21,214 nucleotides of DNA, taken from the IMG/VR virus record IMGVR_UViG_3300010351_001766; one strand, given 5' to 3'. Shown here piece after piece: positions 8,545 to 15,837 of this stretch (the first letter of the stretch is position 1; each line of letters opens with the position of its first letter). The position numbers and the translations under genes are program-made. A model generated the notes under the pieces. That model ran no database searches. It was not told the origin of the DNA and worked only from the letters and a program-made list of their open reading frames with translations. This DNA comes from a virus.

Positions 8545-9287
8545 TATTCTAAAATTAATCCTACCCCTGAAATATTCTTAATTGTTAATTTTATCCCATT
8601 CTCCTGGAAAAGTCTTCGAAGATGAGTCACATAAACATCCATAGATCTCCCCGAGAAATAATCATCCTTTTTCCACACCTTTTCCAGTATGATTTCTCTT
8701 TTAACTACTTGGCCAAAATTAGCTGAAAGGATCTCAAGAATACCACCTTCTTTAGCAGAAAGTTTCTTAACATCTTTGCCTTTATAGGAAAGCATTCTTC
8801 TGGTTGGATCATATTTGCAAGGTTCAAAATCAATAACCTCAGCCATTTTGGTCATTAGTTTTCTGAGTTTTCCAAAATTTCGAGAATAGCTGCTAATGTT
8901 ATTAATTATAATATCAAACAAACTTTGATATGAGAATTCCTTGTCATCGGAAGGATCAAAAGGAATATGAATGTCGGCTCCGTTAACTGAAATAAGATCC
9001 TTTATATTTCCATAAAGAAGAATAGGGACATAGGCGGATTTTCTTTTTATAAAGTCGATAGCTTTTTTGGTAAAATTAGAGGGTACTGCTAAAGCAAATC
9101 CTTCTATCGTTTCATCCGCAATCAAGTCGAAAAGAGCCTTCTCATTTCGAACTACCAGTACCTCCGTAGTTTCTTTCATCAAGAGCATCGAATCTTTATA
9201 GGTAGCTTTAGAAGGATCCAGGCTTCGAGTATATCGATTGAAGATATTGACTATATCCGCATCTTGAGCGTAAATTGCAATCTTCAT
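8544..9287 (-). CDS. OmpR/PhoB-family winged-helix transcription factor with a degenerate (pseudo-)receiver domain
   Basis: C-terminal KLSAKEGGILEIL...VVKREIILEKVW...GRSMDVYVTHLRRLF...IKNISGVGLIL. The N-terminal receiver-like region lacks the acidic pocket, the phospho-Asp and the conserved Lys. Confidence 0.88.
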   Translation of the reverse strand: MKIAIYAQDADIVNIFNRYTRSLDPSKATYKDSMLLMKETTEVLVVRNEKALFDLIADETIEGFALAVPSNFTKKAIDFIKRKSAYVPILLYGNIKDLISVNGADIHIPFDPSDDKEFSYQSLFDIIINNISSYSRNFGKLRKLMTKMAEVIDFEPCKYDPTRRMLSYKGKDVKKLSAKEGGILEILSANFGQVVKREIILEKVWKKDDYFSGRSMDVYVTHLRRLFQENGIKLTIKNISGVGLILE

Positions 9288-9312
9288 GTTTACAATATTA
9301 TTTAATTTAGGG

Positions 9313-9320
9313 CAAATGTA
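9313..9320 (-). promoter_or_regulatory. -7 promoter box TACATTTG for the regulator gene
   Basis: Intergenic, 25 nt upstream of the ATG at 9287. Confidence 0.75.
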
Positions 9321-9352
9321 TTAAAAAAATTAATATTTTAATAAAATTTGAT

Positions 9353-9368
9353 GTTAATTTTTCGTTAA
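9353..9368 (-). promoter_or_regulatory. TTAAC direct-repeat operator (TTAACG-AAAAA-TTAACA)
   Basis: 11-nt period, 33 nt from the -7 box. Confidence 0.65.
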
Positions 9369-9371
9369 AAA

Positions 9372-9854
9372 TTAAATGAATGCTTCGTATCCTTGCCAGG
9401 CATTACAATCCTCTGGTTCATAATTCATTATGCCAGTTTTCTCCATTTGCATTTTATAGATAGCCATCAAATCGGAAAAATAAATACCGGAAGCTGCCTT
9501 TCCATAAATTTTATCCCATTTAACCTTAAAGTTAAAAATATAAACTCTAAGAGGACCTGCATGAGACGCAGAAGTCTTCATAATGGACTTCTTGACATAA
9601 TTGAACTCATCAATCATTGGTTGGTGATTTATAACCAATTTCTTATTGATGACATCATATAAGTCATAAACATATCTGGATTTATCCCCATTCTGATTTA
9701 TCCAGTAATTAGCTCCAAAAAAAGTATACAATTCGGGACTAATTGTTTTGAATCCTTCGTACATTCGATTGTTATAAGCAACAATCAAATATCTCTTAAC
9801 GGTTAGTTTATTTTTCAAGGATTCCCAAGAAAGTCCTTTATAGATTTTCTTCAT
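9372..9854 (-). CDS. Hypothetical protein
   Basis: Likely start MKKIYKG at 9854. The track's longer N-terminus overlaps the upstream ORF. Confidence 0.7.
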   Translation of the reverse strand: MKKIYKGLSWESLKNKLTVKRYLIVAYNNRMYEGFKTISPELYTFFGANYWINQNGDKSRYVYDLYDVINKKLVINHQPMIDEFNYVKKSIMKTSASHAGPLRVYIFNFKVKWDKIYGKAASGIYFSDLMAIYKMQMEKTGIMNYEPEDCNAWQGYEAFI

Positions 9855-10044
9855 TTTTTTCCTCCTCATTTTCTTTTTCTTTCTCCTCTGCTTCCATTTT
9901 TGCTTTAAGGTTCTGGAGAACTTCAAGATCTCCAAAAGTGGCCTTCCTTTTATCAGCTCTCTTCTGAATAGTCTCCACCTCTTTCTTTTCTTCTGGTTCC
10001 AAAGAAGGACTTTCTTTGAAACGGGTAGTTTTTTCTTCCGACAT
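9838..10044 (-). CDS. Small charged protein with a ribosomal protein bS1 C-tail-like motif
   Basis: 68 aa, A-rich upstream region; contains KATFGDLEVLQNLKAKME. Confidence 0.7.
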   Translation of the reverse strand: MSEEKTTRFKESPSLEPEEKKEVETIQKRADKRKATFGDLEVLQNLKAKMEAEEKEKENEEEKNEENL

Positions 10045-10087
10045 TTTAGTTTTATTTTAAGTTATACTTTGTTTTTTGTTAAAAGTT

Positions 10088-10273
10088 TTAACGAACTCTT
10101 GATCTGAATTTGTGTTCAATGGCTTTAGATAAAGAAACCCATTGATTAGCATTTTCAGATATATTATAAATCCAGATTTCGTCTTTTTCTTTATTAATTG
10201 AGACGATTTTTACAAGATCCCCAACGTGAGTTCTATAAACCCCGCCAATTTCGATTTTCAGTTTTTCTTCCAT
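10088..10273 (-). CDS. Small beta-rich (SH3-like) hypothetical protein
   Basis: 61 aa, IEIGGVYRTHVGDLVKIVSI. Confidence 0.7.
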   Translation of the reverse strand: MEEKLKIEIGGVYRTHVGDLVKIVSINKEKDEIWIYNISENANQWVSLSKAIEHKFRSRVR

Positions 10274-10274
10274 G

Positions 10275-10643
10275 TTATTTTATAAGATTTAAAGCATCTG
10301 TTAATGCAGATTCCAAAGCCTGCTCGTAAGTAGGATAAACACGATCATCATCCTCATCTTCATCAAAGGCATCCCAAAAAATTGTAGGCTCGTAAGAGGT
10401 TCCTCCATTTTCATCATCGAATGGTTCAATCATAATATCCATTCTAAAACCCTCCCTTAAAATTCTCTGGAGAAGGGATTGAGTTGGAGCTGGAATCCCA
10501 TTGGAATAGGAAAAATCGATCCCTTTTGTAGGTGAGGTATTTAGCTCACCGGAAGGAGAATACCATGAATTAATTTTAAAATTAAAAGCTATTTTTTTCT
10601 GAAGGAGTTTAGCAGTCTCGAAACTAATAATTTGGTCTTCCAT
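10275..10643 (-). CDS. Hypothetical phage protein
   Basis: The pattern ISFETAKLL...APTQSLLQRILRE...YEQALESAL recalls a family I associate with Bacteroidota phages (from memory, not searched). Confidence 0.75.
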   Translation of the reverse strand: MEDQIISFETAKLLQKKIAFNFKINSWYSPSGELNTSPTKGIDFSYSNGIPAPTQSLLQRILREGFRMDIMIEPFDDENGGTSYEPTIFWDAFDEDEDDDRVYPTYEQALESALTDALNLIK

Positions 10644-10660
10644 ATCTTTGCATTATTTGA

Positions 10661-11050
10661 TTAAAGTAATTTTATCGAGAATCTCTCGGCCATCTTCTGA
10701 AGAGTTTCTTCGGGAACATTATGTATATTTTTCCCTTCGTGCCTATTTTCGACAATAACTGAAAATACCTGATAACCGTATTTTAGAGCAAGATCATAAT
10801 ATGGTTTTAATTCCCTTGCAGTAGTCGAAGTATTAGCAACAATTATTTTCTCTGCATCCTGTCTCATGTGGAATTCGCATCTTCCCAAACACCACTGATG
10901 AGCAGATCCTAGTTCCTCTTTCTTCCAGAGATACTTTCCGTCTTTCATAAAGTAATCATCTGCGGAACAAATTGGAGAATCTAAGATTTCGGCAAGGGAA
11001 GTTTTTCCTGATCCGGGCAATCCTCTTAATATGATTAATGATCTTTTCAT
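10661..11050 (-). CDS. P-loop kinase (AAA_33 / polynucleotide kinase-like)
   Basis: LIILRGLPGSGKTS, CSADDYF, IIVANTST, HNVPEETLQKMAERF. Confidence 0.88.
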   Translation of the reverse strand: MKRSLIILRGLPGSGKTSLAEILDSPICSADDYFMKDGKYLWKKEELGSAHQWCLGRCEFHMRQDAEKIIVANTSTTARELKPYYDLALKYGYQVFSVIVENRHEGKNIHNVPEETLQKMAERFSIKLL

Positions 11051-11607
11051 TGGTGCAAATATACAAAAAATTTCTTTATCTTTTCAATTTTTGATAAAAT
11101 TTTTGGTTTTATTTCTTTCCAGCCAGTCTTGATAGTATTAATATCATCCCAACTAAGCCAAGCACTTCCAATATTCATTATAAAATAATTTATCATAAAG
11201 TAAAATAAAATGAATTGACTAACAAGAGGAATATTTATCGAAAGGGGAATCCAGAAACACAGGAAAATATCAATTAATATTCCCAAAACCGGGGCTGCCC
11301 CAACTATAATTAATTTATAAGGGTTCTTTTTGGATAAAGCAATTGGGAAACTAAATCCTAATCCCGGAACTGTTGTTTCTTCCCCTTGGTTATTAATATA
11401 AGGTATATCCTTCCTGGAAATAAAGTACCATTTTTTTGGATCTATATTAGCTTCGCATCCGGTGATTACAATTGCTAAAATATGGCACAATTCATGTATT
11501 AAGATCATGGGAATATTCAGGATGGTTTTAATAATCCAAATAATATCCCGGGCTTTATTAGGGGATTCTTTATTAAGATAATCCCTTATTTCCTGAATCT
11601 TTTTCAT
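11047..11607 (-). CDS. Putative membrane zinc metallopeptidase (HExxH)
   Basis: IHELCH in a hydrophobic segment, IVGAAP, further TM segments, and SWDD near the C-terminus. Confidence 0.75.
   Translation of the reverse strand: MKKIQEIRDYLNKESPNKARDIIWIIKTILNIPMILIHELCHILAIVITGCEANIDPKKWYFISRKDIPYINNQGEETTVPGLGFSFPIALSKKNPYKLIIVGAAPVLGILIDIFLCFWIPLSINIPLVSQFILFYFMINYFIMNIGSAWLSWDDINTIKTGWKEIKPKILSKIEKIKKFFVYLHQ
11056..11063 (-). promoter_or_regulatory. -7 promoter box TATATTTG embedded in the 3' end of the peptidase gene
   Basis: TTTTTTG-TATATTTG-CACCA-ATG; 5 nt upstream of the kinase ATG. Confidence 0.7.
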
Positions 11608-12686
11608 TCAAAATCGAGAGAGTTATCGGTTCTTTCACATGCATCAATTTGTAATTCCCATTCATCCGGATCAAAATGCTTTTCAAAAAATTCTTTTCCA
11701 GCCCGGATAGCTTGTTCCTGAGTATAGAATCCCCTGACATTAGATCCTGGTCTCCATCCCTTATAATTCTCGGGATATTTATCGATTTCCCATTGTTCAA
11801 GAACATGGGTCATTTCAATCCTGTAATTATTAAAGAAAGGAATACTCCAGACACTTCTGAATGTTCCAGTTTCCTTAATATTTTCAAAACTTGGATGGGA
11901 AATATTTAAAACTGCATAATAATGAATGGCTCCAAAGCTTGTTCCCCTCCATGTTGAAATATCCAGAGTTACTTTTGAATCATCGATTTGAGCCTGGAAA
12001 ATTTCTCCATGTTCATCCATAATCTGAACCCCAGCCCCTCGATAAGGATCGAATTTGAAATCATCTTCATATTCATGGGATTCGGCCGGAAGGATCTTAG
12101 AGAGATCCCATCCTTTATTATTAAGTATCTGATAGTTTCCCATTTTTTCATCGGAATCGACTGTTCCCTCTTTAACCCGAGAAGCCCTTTCCTCATCAAG
12201 CATTTTTTCAAATTCATCTTCCTCCTTTTCAAGTTCAGCTTTTTTAGCTTCTTCTTCAGCTTCTTTTTGCATCTGACGAATTTCCTCAAGCTTCTTTTTC
12301 TGATCTAGTCTTTCCTTTTTATCAATCTGATGTTCTTTCCAATATTCATCATAAATTTCTTTAACTCCTTCGAGTTTTATCCTGACATTTTTCGTTTCAA
12401 GCATTTCGGTAACAAGGTTCCAAAGATCCTCAACATCTATTATAACGTTGATACTTTCCTCCTCCCCGTGTTTATTAATTTGATAGTGCCCACCCATACA
12501 TCCGCCGAGCGTACCCAGATCTTCATCATTGGCACCTGTAACATCTGCTTGATCGTCTGCTACTCTAAAGAAAGCAAAACCAGATTGAAAGAATTTTTCA
12601 GAATCCTTTTTATGACGATAATTAAAAAGTCTGATTGGGAGATTGATATTTCCCAGGATCGGAAGTTTACTTACTGAATTTGACAT
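11604..12686 (-). CDS. Hypothetical protein (two globular regions joined by a K/E-rich coil)
   Basis: 360-aa ORF with its own upstream promoter; ATGA overlap downstream. Confidence 0.8.
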   Translation of the reverse strand: MSNSVSKLPILGNINLPIRLFNYRHKKDSEKFFQSGFAFFRVADDQADVTGANDEDLGTLGGCMGGHYQINKHGEEESINVIIDVEDLWNLVTEMLETKNVRIKLEGVKEIYDEYWKEHQIDKKERLDQKKKLEEIRQMQKEAEEEAKKAELEKEEDEFEKMLDEERASRVKEGTVDSDEKMGNYQILNNKGWDLSKILPAESHEYEDDFKFDPYRGAGVQIMDEHGEIFQAQIDDSKVTLDISTWRGTSFGAIHYYAVLNISHPSFENIKETGTFRSVWSIPFFNNYRIEMTHVLEQWEIDKYPENYKGWRPGSNVRGFYTQEQAIRAGKEFFEKHFDPDEWELQIDACERTDNSLDFE

Positions 12687-12703
12687 ACTCTTTTTCTTTT
12701 ATG

Positions 12704-12711
12704 CAAATATA
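12704..12711 (-). promoter_or_regulatory. -7 promoter box TATATTTG
   Basis: 17 nt upstream of the ATG at 12686. Confidence 0.75.
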
Positions 12712-12712
12712 C

Positions 12713-12751
12713 AAAAAAACTCCCAAACTAAAAAATAATTTGGGAGTTTTT
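12713..12751 (-). terminator. Intrinsic terminator after the lipoprotein gene
   Basis: Inverted repeat aaaaactcccaaa / tttgggagttttt, followed on the - strand by a U tract. Confidence 0.75.
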
Positions 12752-12752
12752 A

Positions 12753-13115
12753 TTATCTGCCATAGAATTTCTGGAGTTTCTTATCCTTCGTACTTATTAA
12801 AGCTTTCACTGAGAAAAATGTAGAATCGATCACCACATGTTGAGTATAAATGAATTTCCAAGAGGTTTTTTCATCTTGAACAGAAGATATTGTCCTTTGA
12901 AGAATATATCCATTATCATTTTGTGCTTGGAGAGTTAACCATTTATCCAAAGCAATAGAATCAACTGAATGCTCTTTAATCACTGAATAGAGATCTGTAA
13001 CAGACTGCTGCTCTTTTTCCTGAGGATAGTAATTTTGGTAAACACTTATAGTTTTCATCATTGTGCAAGAAGACAAAACCAATAAAATTACCAAAAATAA
13101 AAATATTTTTTTCAT
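12753..13115 (-). CDS. Putative lipoprotein
   Basis: MKKIFLFLVILLVLSS-C: signal peptidase II lipobox. Confidence 0.8.
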   Translation of the reverse strand: MKKIFLFLVILLVLSSCTMMKTISVYQNYYPQEKEQQSVTDLYSVIKEHSVDSIALDKWLTLQAQNDNGYILQRTISSVQDEKTSWKFIYTQHVVIDSTFFSVKALISTKDKKLQKFYGR

Positions 13116-13128
13116 TTGACAGTTTATT

Positions 13129-13144
13129 TTATTTATTCAAAAAA
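13129..13144 (-). promoter_or_regulatory. Candidate phage (late-type) promoter TTTTTTGAATAAATAA
   Basis: Identical 16-mer at 20924-20939; 13 nt upstream of the lipoprotein ATG; resembles the T4 late box TATAAATA. Confidence 0.4.
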
Positions 13145-13353
13145 GCATTTTCACTTATTGAAAATTTTTCAAAAAATGTAAGAGTATTATTTTCCCTAAC
13201 ACTCCATTCTTTTTTCATTTTATACGTCACCCTTTCTGGGATAAGATGAACTACAATCTCCCCCTTTATCTCAAAATATTCCACCTTAGCAGCATTAGCT
13301 TTTCTCCCAACCTTTAAGGTTTCGTATGGATTTATGCCTCGTTCGAAATTCAT
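13129..13353 (-). CDS. Hypothetical protein, probable paralog of 19721-20374 (possibly truncated)
   Basis: N-terminus MNFERGINPYETLKVGRK aligns with MAFTRNMDPKDSMEIGRK. Confidence 0.65.
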   Translation of the reverse strand: MNFERGINPYETLKVGRKANAAKVEYFEIKGEIVVHLIPERVTYKMKKEWSVRENNTLTFFEKFSISENAFLNK

Positions 13354-13360
13354 AGCCAGG

Positions 13361-13368
13361 CAAATGTA
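13361..13368 (-). promoter_or_regulatory. -7 promoter box TACATTTG
   Basis: 7 nt upstream of the ATG at 13353. Confidence 0.7.
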
Positions 13369-13420
13369 AACAAAATTCCCCAGATAAAAAACTTTTTTTA
13401 TAATTATTTATATAATTAAT

Positions 13421-14212
13421 ATGAAAAAGTTTCAGGAGAATAATGAAGGATTTATATGTGAGGAGTGCGGAAAAGTCTGTCGAGGGAGATTAGGATTAAG
13501 TTCCCATGTTTCTAAATATCATAAAATTTCCATGAAAGATTATATCAATAAATGGATAAAAGAAAAAACAGATCTCTGCCCAATATGCGGAAATCCCCCA
13601 AAATATAATGGATATAATTATAATAAATGCTGTTCACGAAATTGTTCAAAAATATATGCTGCTAAAAAATCCAAAGAGGGGTGTTTTGAAAAATATGGAG
13701 TAGAAAATATTTCATATTTAAAAGATACAAAAGAAAAAATAGGGAGATCCAATAAAAATAAATCAACAAAAGCCCTTCAAATCCGAAAAAATACAAATAT
13801 AAAATTATTTGGGGTTGAAAACCCCATGCAAAATAAAGAAATTTTTGAGAAACAAAAAATATCCAGTTTTAAAGTAAAAATATTTAAAAAATTAAAATAT
13901 CAGGATTCTTATGAGCTGGATTTCTTAAATAGATACTATATTTTATACCCGGATTTAATAAATCCTTCCCCTATTAAATATAAATTTAAAAATAAAATCC
14001 ATTATTATTTTCCAGATTTTTTTATACCATCTCTAAATTTAGTCATCGAAATCAAGAGCCTATATTTATTCCAACGAGATGAATTAATTATAAAGGAAAA
14101 AGAAAAAGCCACTATTTCTAATGGCTTTAATTACTTTATAATTGTAGATAAAAATTATCAATCTTTTGATAATTATCTACATAAAGCATCCGCTGTATGT
14201 GTCGAACAATAG
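13421..14212 (+). CDS. Free-standing homing endonuclease-like protein (C2H2 finger + Cys cluster + PD-(D/E)XK nuclease)
   Basis: FICEECGK...LSSHVSKYH, CPICG...KCCSRNC, KYGVEN/LFGVEN repeats, YFPDFFIP..NLVIEIKS. Visibly more AT-rich than its neighbours and in the opposite orientation. Confidence 0.75.
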   Translation: MKKFQENNEGFICEECGKVCRGRLGLSSHVSKYHKISMKDYINKWIKEKTDLCPICGNPPKYNGYNYNKCCSRNCSKIYAAKKSKEGCFEKYGVENISYLKDTKEKIGRSNKNKSTKALQIRKNTNIKLFGVENPMQNKEIFEKQKISSFKVKIFKKLKYQDSYELDFLNRYYILYPDLINPSPIKYKFKNKIHYYFPDFFIPSLNLVIEIKSLYLFQRDELIIKEKEKATISNGFNYFIIVDKNYQSFDNYLHKASAVCVEQ

Positions 14213-14697
14213 GCATAAGGTTTGCCTACAGCTTCATATCCATAAGATAATGCGTACCCAATCCCACTTGCATAGAGTGCGTTGGAAACTTCATGTTCGT
14301 CAGAGTTGTAGTCTAAGTGGATTCTGATTTTCTTATCACATCCCTGAAGCATCTGTGCAGTCTGGACAGTAAGCTCTACTTCCTTCCAGAGCTTGCCATG
14401 CAATCTAGAGGTATCAAAGGACGAACCATTCTTCTTTTCGACGTGCCCAAATTTGGTCTTCATGCCCTTGTCATATATTGTTGCACTAATAACGTGAGCA
14501 CCATGACCTACGTCATACTTATCCTTAAAGTGCATAACGATAACGATAGCATACTTAACATATCTTGCGAATTCCTGAGAGTCGCATCCGATAGTTACAG
14601 TTCCGTATGGGTTTTCAGTTGCCCAATCTCTAACATACTTATTTACGTCTTCGATAACAGTTCCGTCGAATTTCTTGAAAATTAAGTTCTGAGCCAT
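14173..14697 (-). CDS. RNase H-fold protein (YkuK/DUF458-like)
   Basis: VTIGCDSQ, LWKEVELT, IHLDYN, KPYAYCSTHTAD: four acidic catalytic-type positions. Confidence 0.8.
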   Translation of the reverse strand: MAQNLIFKKFDGTVIEDVNKYVRDWATENPYGTVTIGCDSQEFARYVKYAIVIVMHFKDKYDVGHGAHVISATIYDKGMKTKFGHVEKKNGSSFDTSRLHGKLWKEVELTVQTAQMLQGCDKKIRIHLDYNSDEHEVSNALYASGIGYALSYGYEAVGKPYAYCSTHTADALCR

Positions 14698-14721
14698 TTG
14701 TTCCTCCTTTCTTGTTTTAAT

Positions 14722-14753
14722 AAAATAATAAAGGCTTCCTTTTGAGAAGCCTT
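14722..14753 (-). terminator. Intrinsic terminator after ORF 14774-14968
   Basis: AAGGCTTC-TCAAAAG-GAAGCCTT followed by TATTATTTT. Confidence 0.6.
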
Positions 14754-14773
14754 CACTTTAAGTTAAAAATATC

Positions 14774-14968
14774 TTAAATTTCCCCCTTCAGGGTATGTTT
14801 TGATCTTCTTAAATTAAGGTGAAGCTGTTGCTTCTTTGTTGGCTGGGTTCTGGATGCAAAACGTCCATCATAGAAGCCCGCATTTTTCGCAGACTCTCTA
14901 TTTGATCCACAGGCTAGCTTGTAGAGCTTTTCTGCAGATATGGATAATTGTTCAGTATTTCCAGCCAT
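14774..14968 (-). CDS. Small basic protein (weak ArfA/BrfA-like motif)
   Basis: 64 aa, flanked by a terminator and an upstream GAATATATA motif; DGRFASRTQPTKK...RRSKH. Confidence 0.65.
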   Translation of the reverse strand: MAGNTEQLSISAEKLYKLACGSNRESAKNAGFYDGRFASRTQPTKKQQLHLNLRRSKHTLKGEI

Positions 14969-15034
14969 GTTTTTTTAGCTTCAAATTTTTCCTATATATT
15001 CTTCCTTATTGTATGATAAAGAGGACAAAATGTT

Positions 15035-15334
15035 TTAATCATTCCAAATAATAAAACGATGTTTCCCATCTTCGGATTCATAAATCTCATATTGAAGCTC
15101 CCCCTCACTATCCCATTTAACATCTTTCAAAGAAAAAGTCTTTGCATTTCCTGATTCCTCCACCGTTATTTCGAATCCTTCTGTAAGATTTTTGATCTTT
15201 GCATTCATGCATTTCAGATCCGAAGATTCACAGGAAAATGTCTTAGTCTCCTTATTATAATTCAAACAACCTTTGGTCTTAGAATTTTGTTCTCGACCTG
15301 ATTTTTCTGCATGATTATAAATAATTCTTATCAT
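15035..15334 (-). CDS. Hypothetical protein
   Basis: 99 aa with its own -7 promoter box. Confidence 0.75.
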   Translation of the reverse strand: MIRIIYNHAEKSGREQNSKTKGCLNYNKETKTFSCESSDLKCMNAKIKNLTEGFEITVEESGNAKTFSLKDVKWDSEGELQYEIYESEDGKHRFIIWND

Positions 15335-15353
15335 CTCTTTCTTTTTTATGGGT

Positions 15354-15361
15354 CAAATGTA
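15354..15361 (-). promoter_or_regulatory. -7 promoter box TACATTTG
   Basis: 19 nt upstream of the ATG at 15334. Confidence 0.7.
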
Positions 15362-15386
15362 CGAATAATTTCCGAAATAAAAAAAC

Positions 15387-15743
15387 CTATGATGAACTTT
15401 TTGGATAGTATATAAGATTATTTTCATTATCAACTCTTTGAAACCCCACTTTCTCTAAAAAAGGAATCCAGGTTCGGAGATCTGTTCCAAATACATTACA
15501 TGCCCATGCTCTCACTCGATAACCATTTTCATCTGCATGCTTAAAAATGTCTTTAATAATTTTTGTAGCTATTCCAGTCCCCCTGTATTTTTTCTTTACC
15601 ATTAAGCCAACCAGATATAGATATTTCCCTTCATAATCTTCTCTTTTATTCATATCAATTTCAGCTTCAGGATACTTAGCCATTAGTTCTTCTACAAACT
15701 CCCGAGTTTCTGTGTCTAATATTAGGTCGTCCATTTCTTTCAT
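15387..15743 (-). CDS. GNAT-family acetyltransferase
   Basis: LYLVGLMVKKKYRGTGIATKII (acetyl-CoA motif A) and FLEKVGF. Start moved to MKEM (15743) because the track start overlaps the promoter box. Confidence 0.8.
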   Translation of the reverse strand: MKEMDDLILDTETREFVEELMAKYPEAEIDMNKREDYEGKYLYLVGLMVKKKYRGTGIATKIIKDIFKHADENGYRVRAWACNVFGTDLRTWIPFLEKVGFQRVDNENNLIYYPKSSS

Positions 15744-15758
15744 AAAAATATTAAAAAT

Positions 15759-15766
15759 CAAATGTA
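15759..15766 (-). promoter_or_regulatory. -7 promoter box TACATTTG (leftward arm)
   Basis: TTTTTTTG-TACATTTG on the - strand. Confidence 0.7.
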
Positions 15767-15802
15767 CAAAAAAATTCGATATTAGAAGACGTTATTTTAG
15801 AT

Positions 15803-15837
15803 TTAACAAAAAATTAACTGCTTTAACAAAACTTAAC
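15803..15837 (+). repeat. Four TTAAC direct repeats (spacing 11, 9, 10 nt)
   Basis: TTAACA-aaaaa-TTAACT-gct-TTAACA-aaac-TTAACG in the divergent intergenic region. Confidence 0.7.

Noticed and set aside
14063-14071. Third GAATAAATA copy (- strand) inside the endonuclease gene
   Set aside because: It lacks the upstream T run, lies in very AT-rich coding DNA, and has no nearby start codon that I could support.
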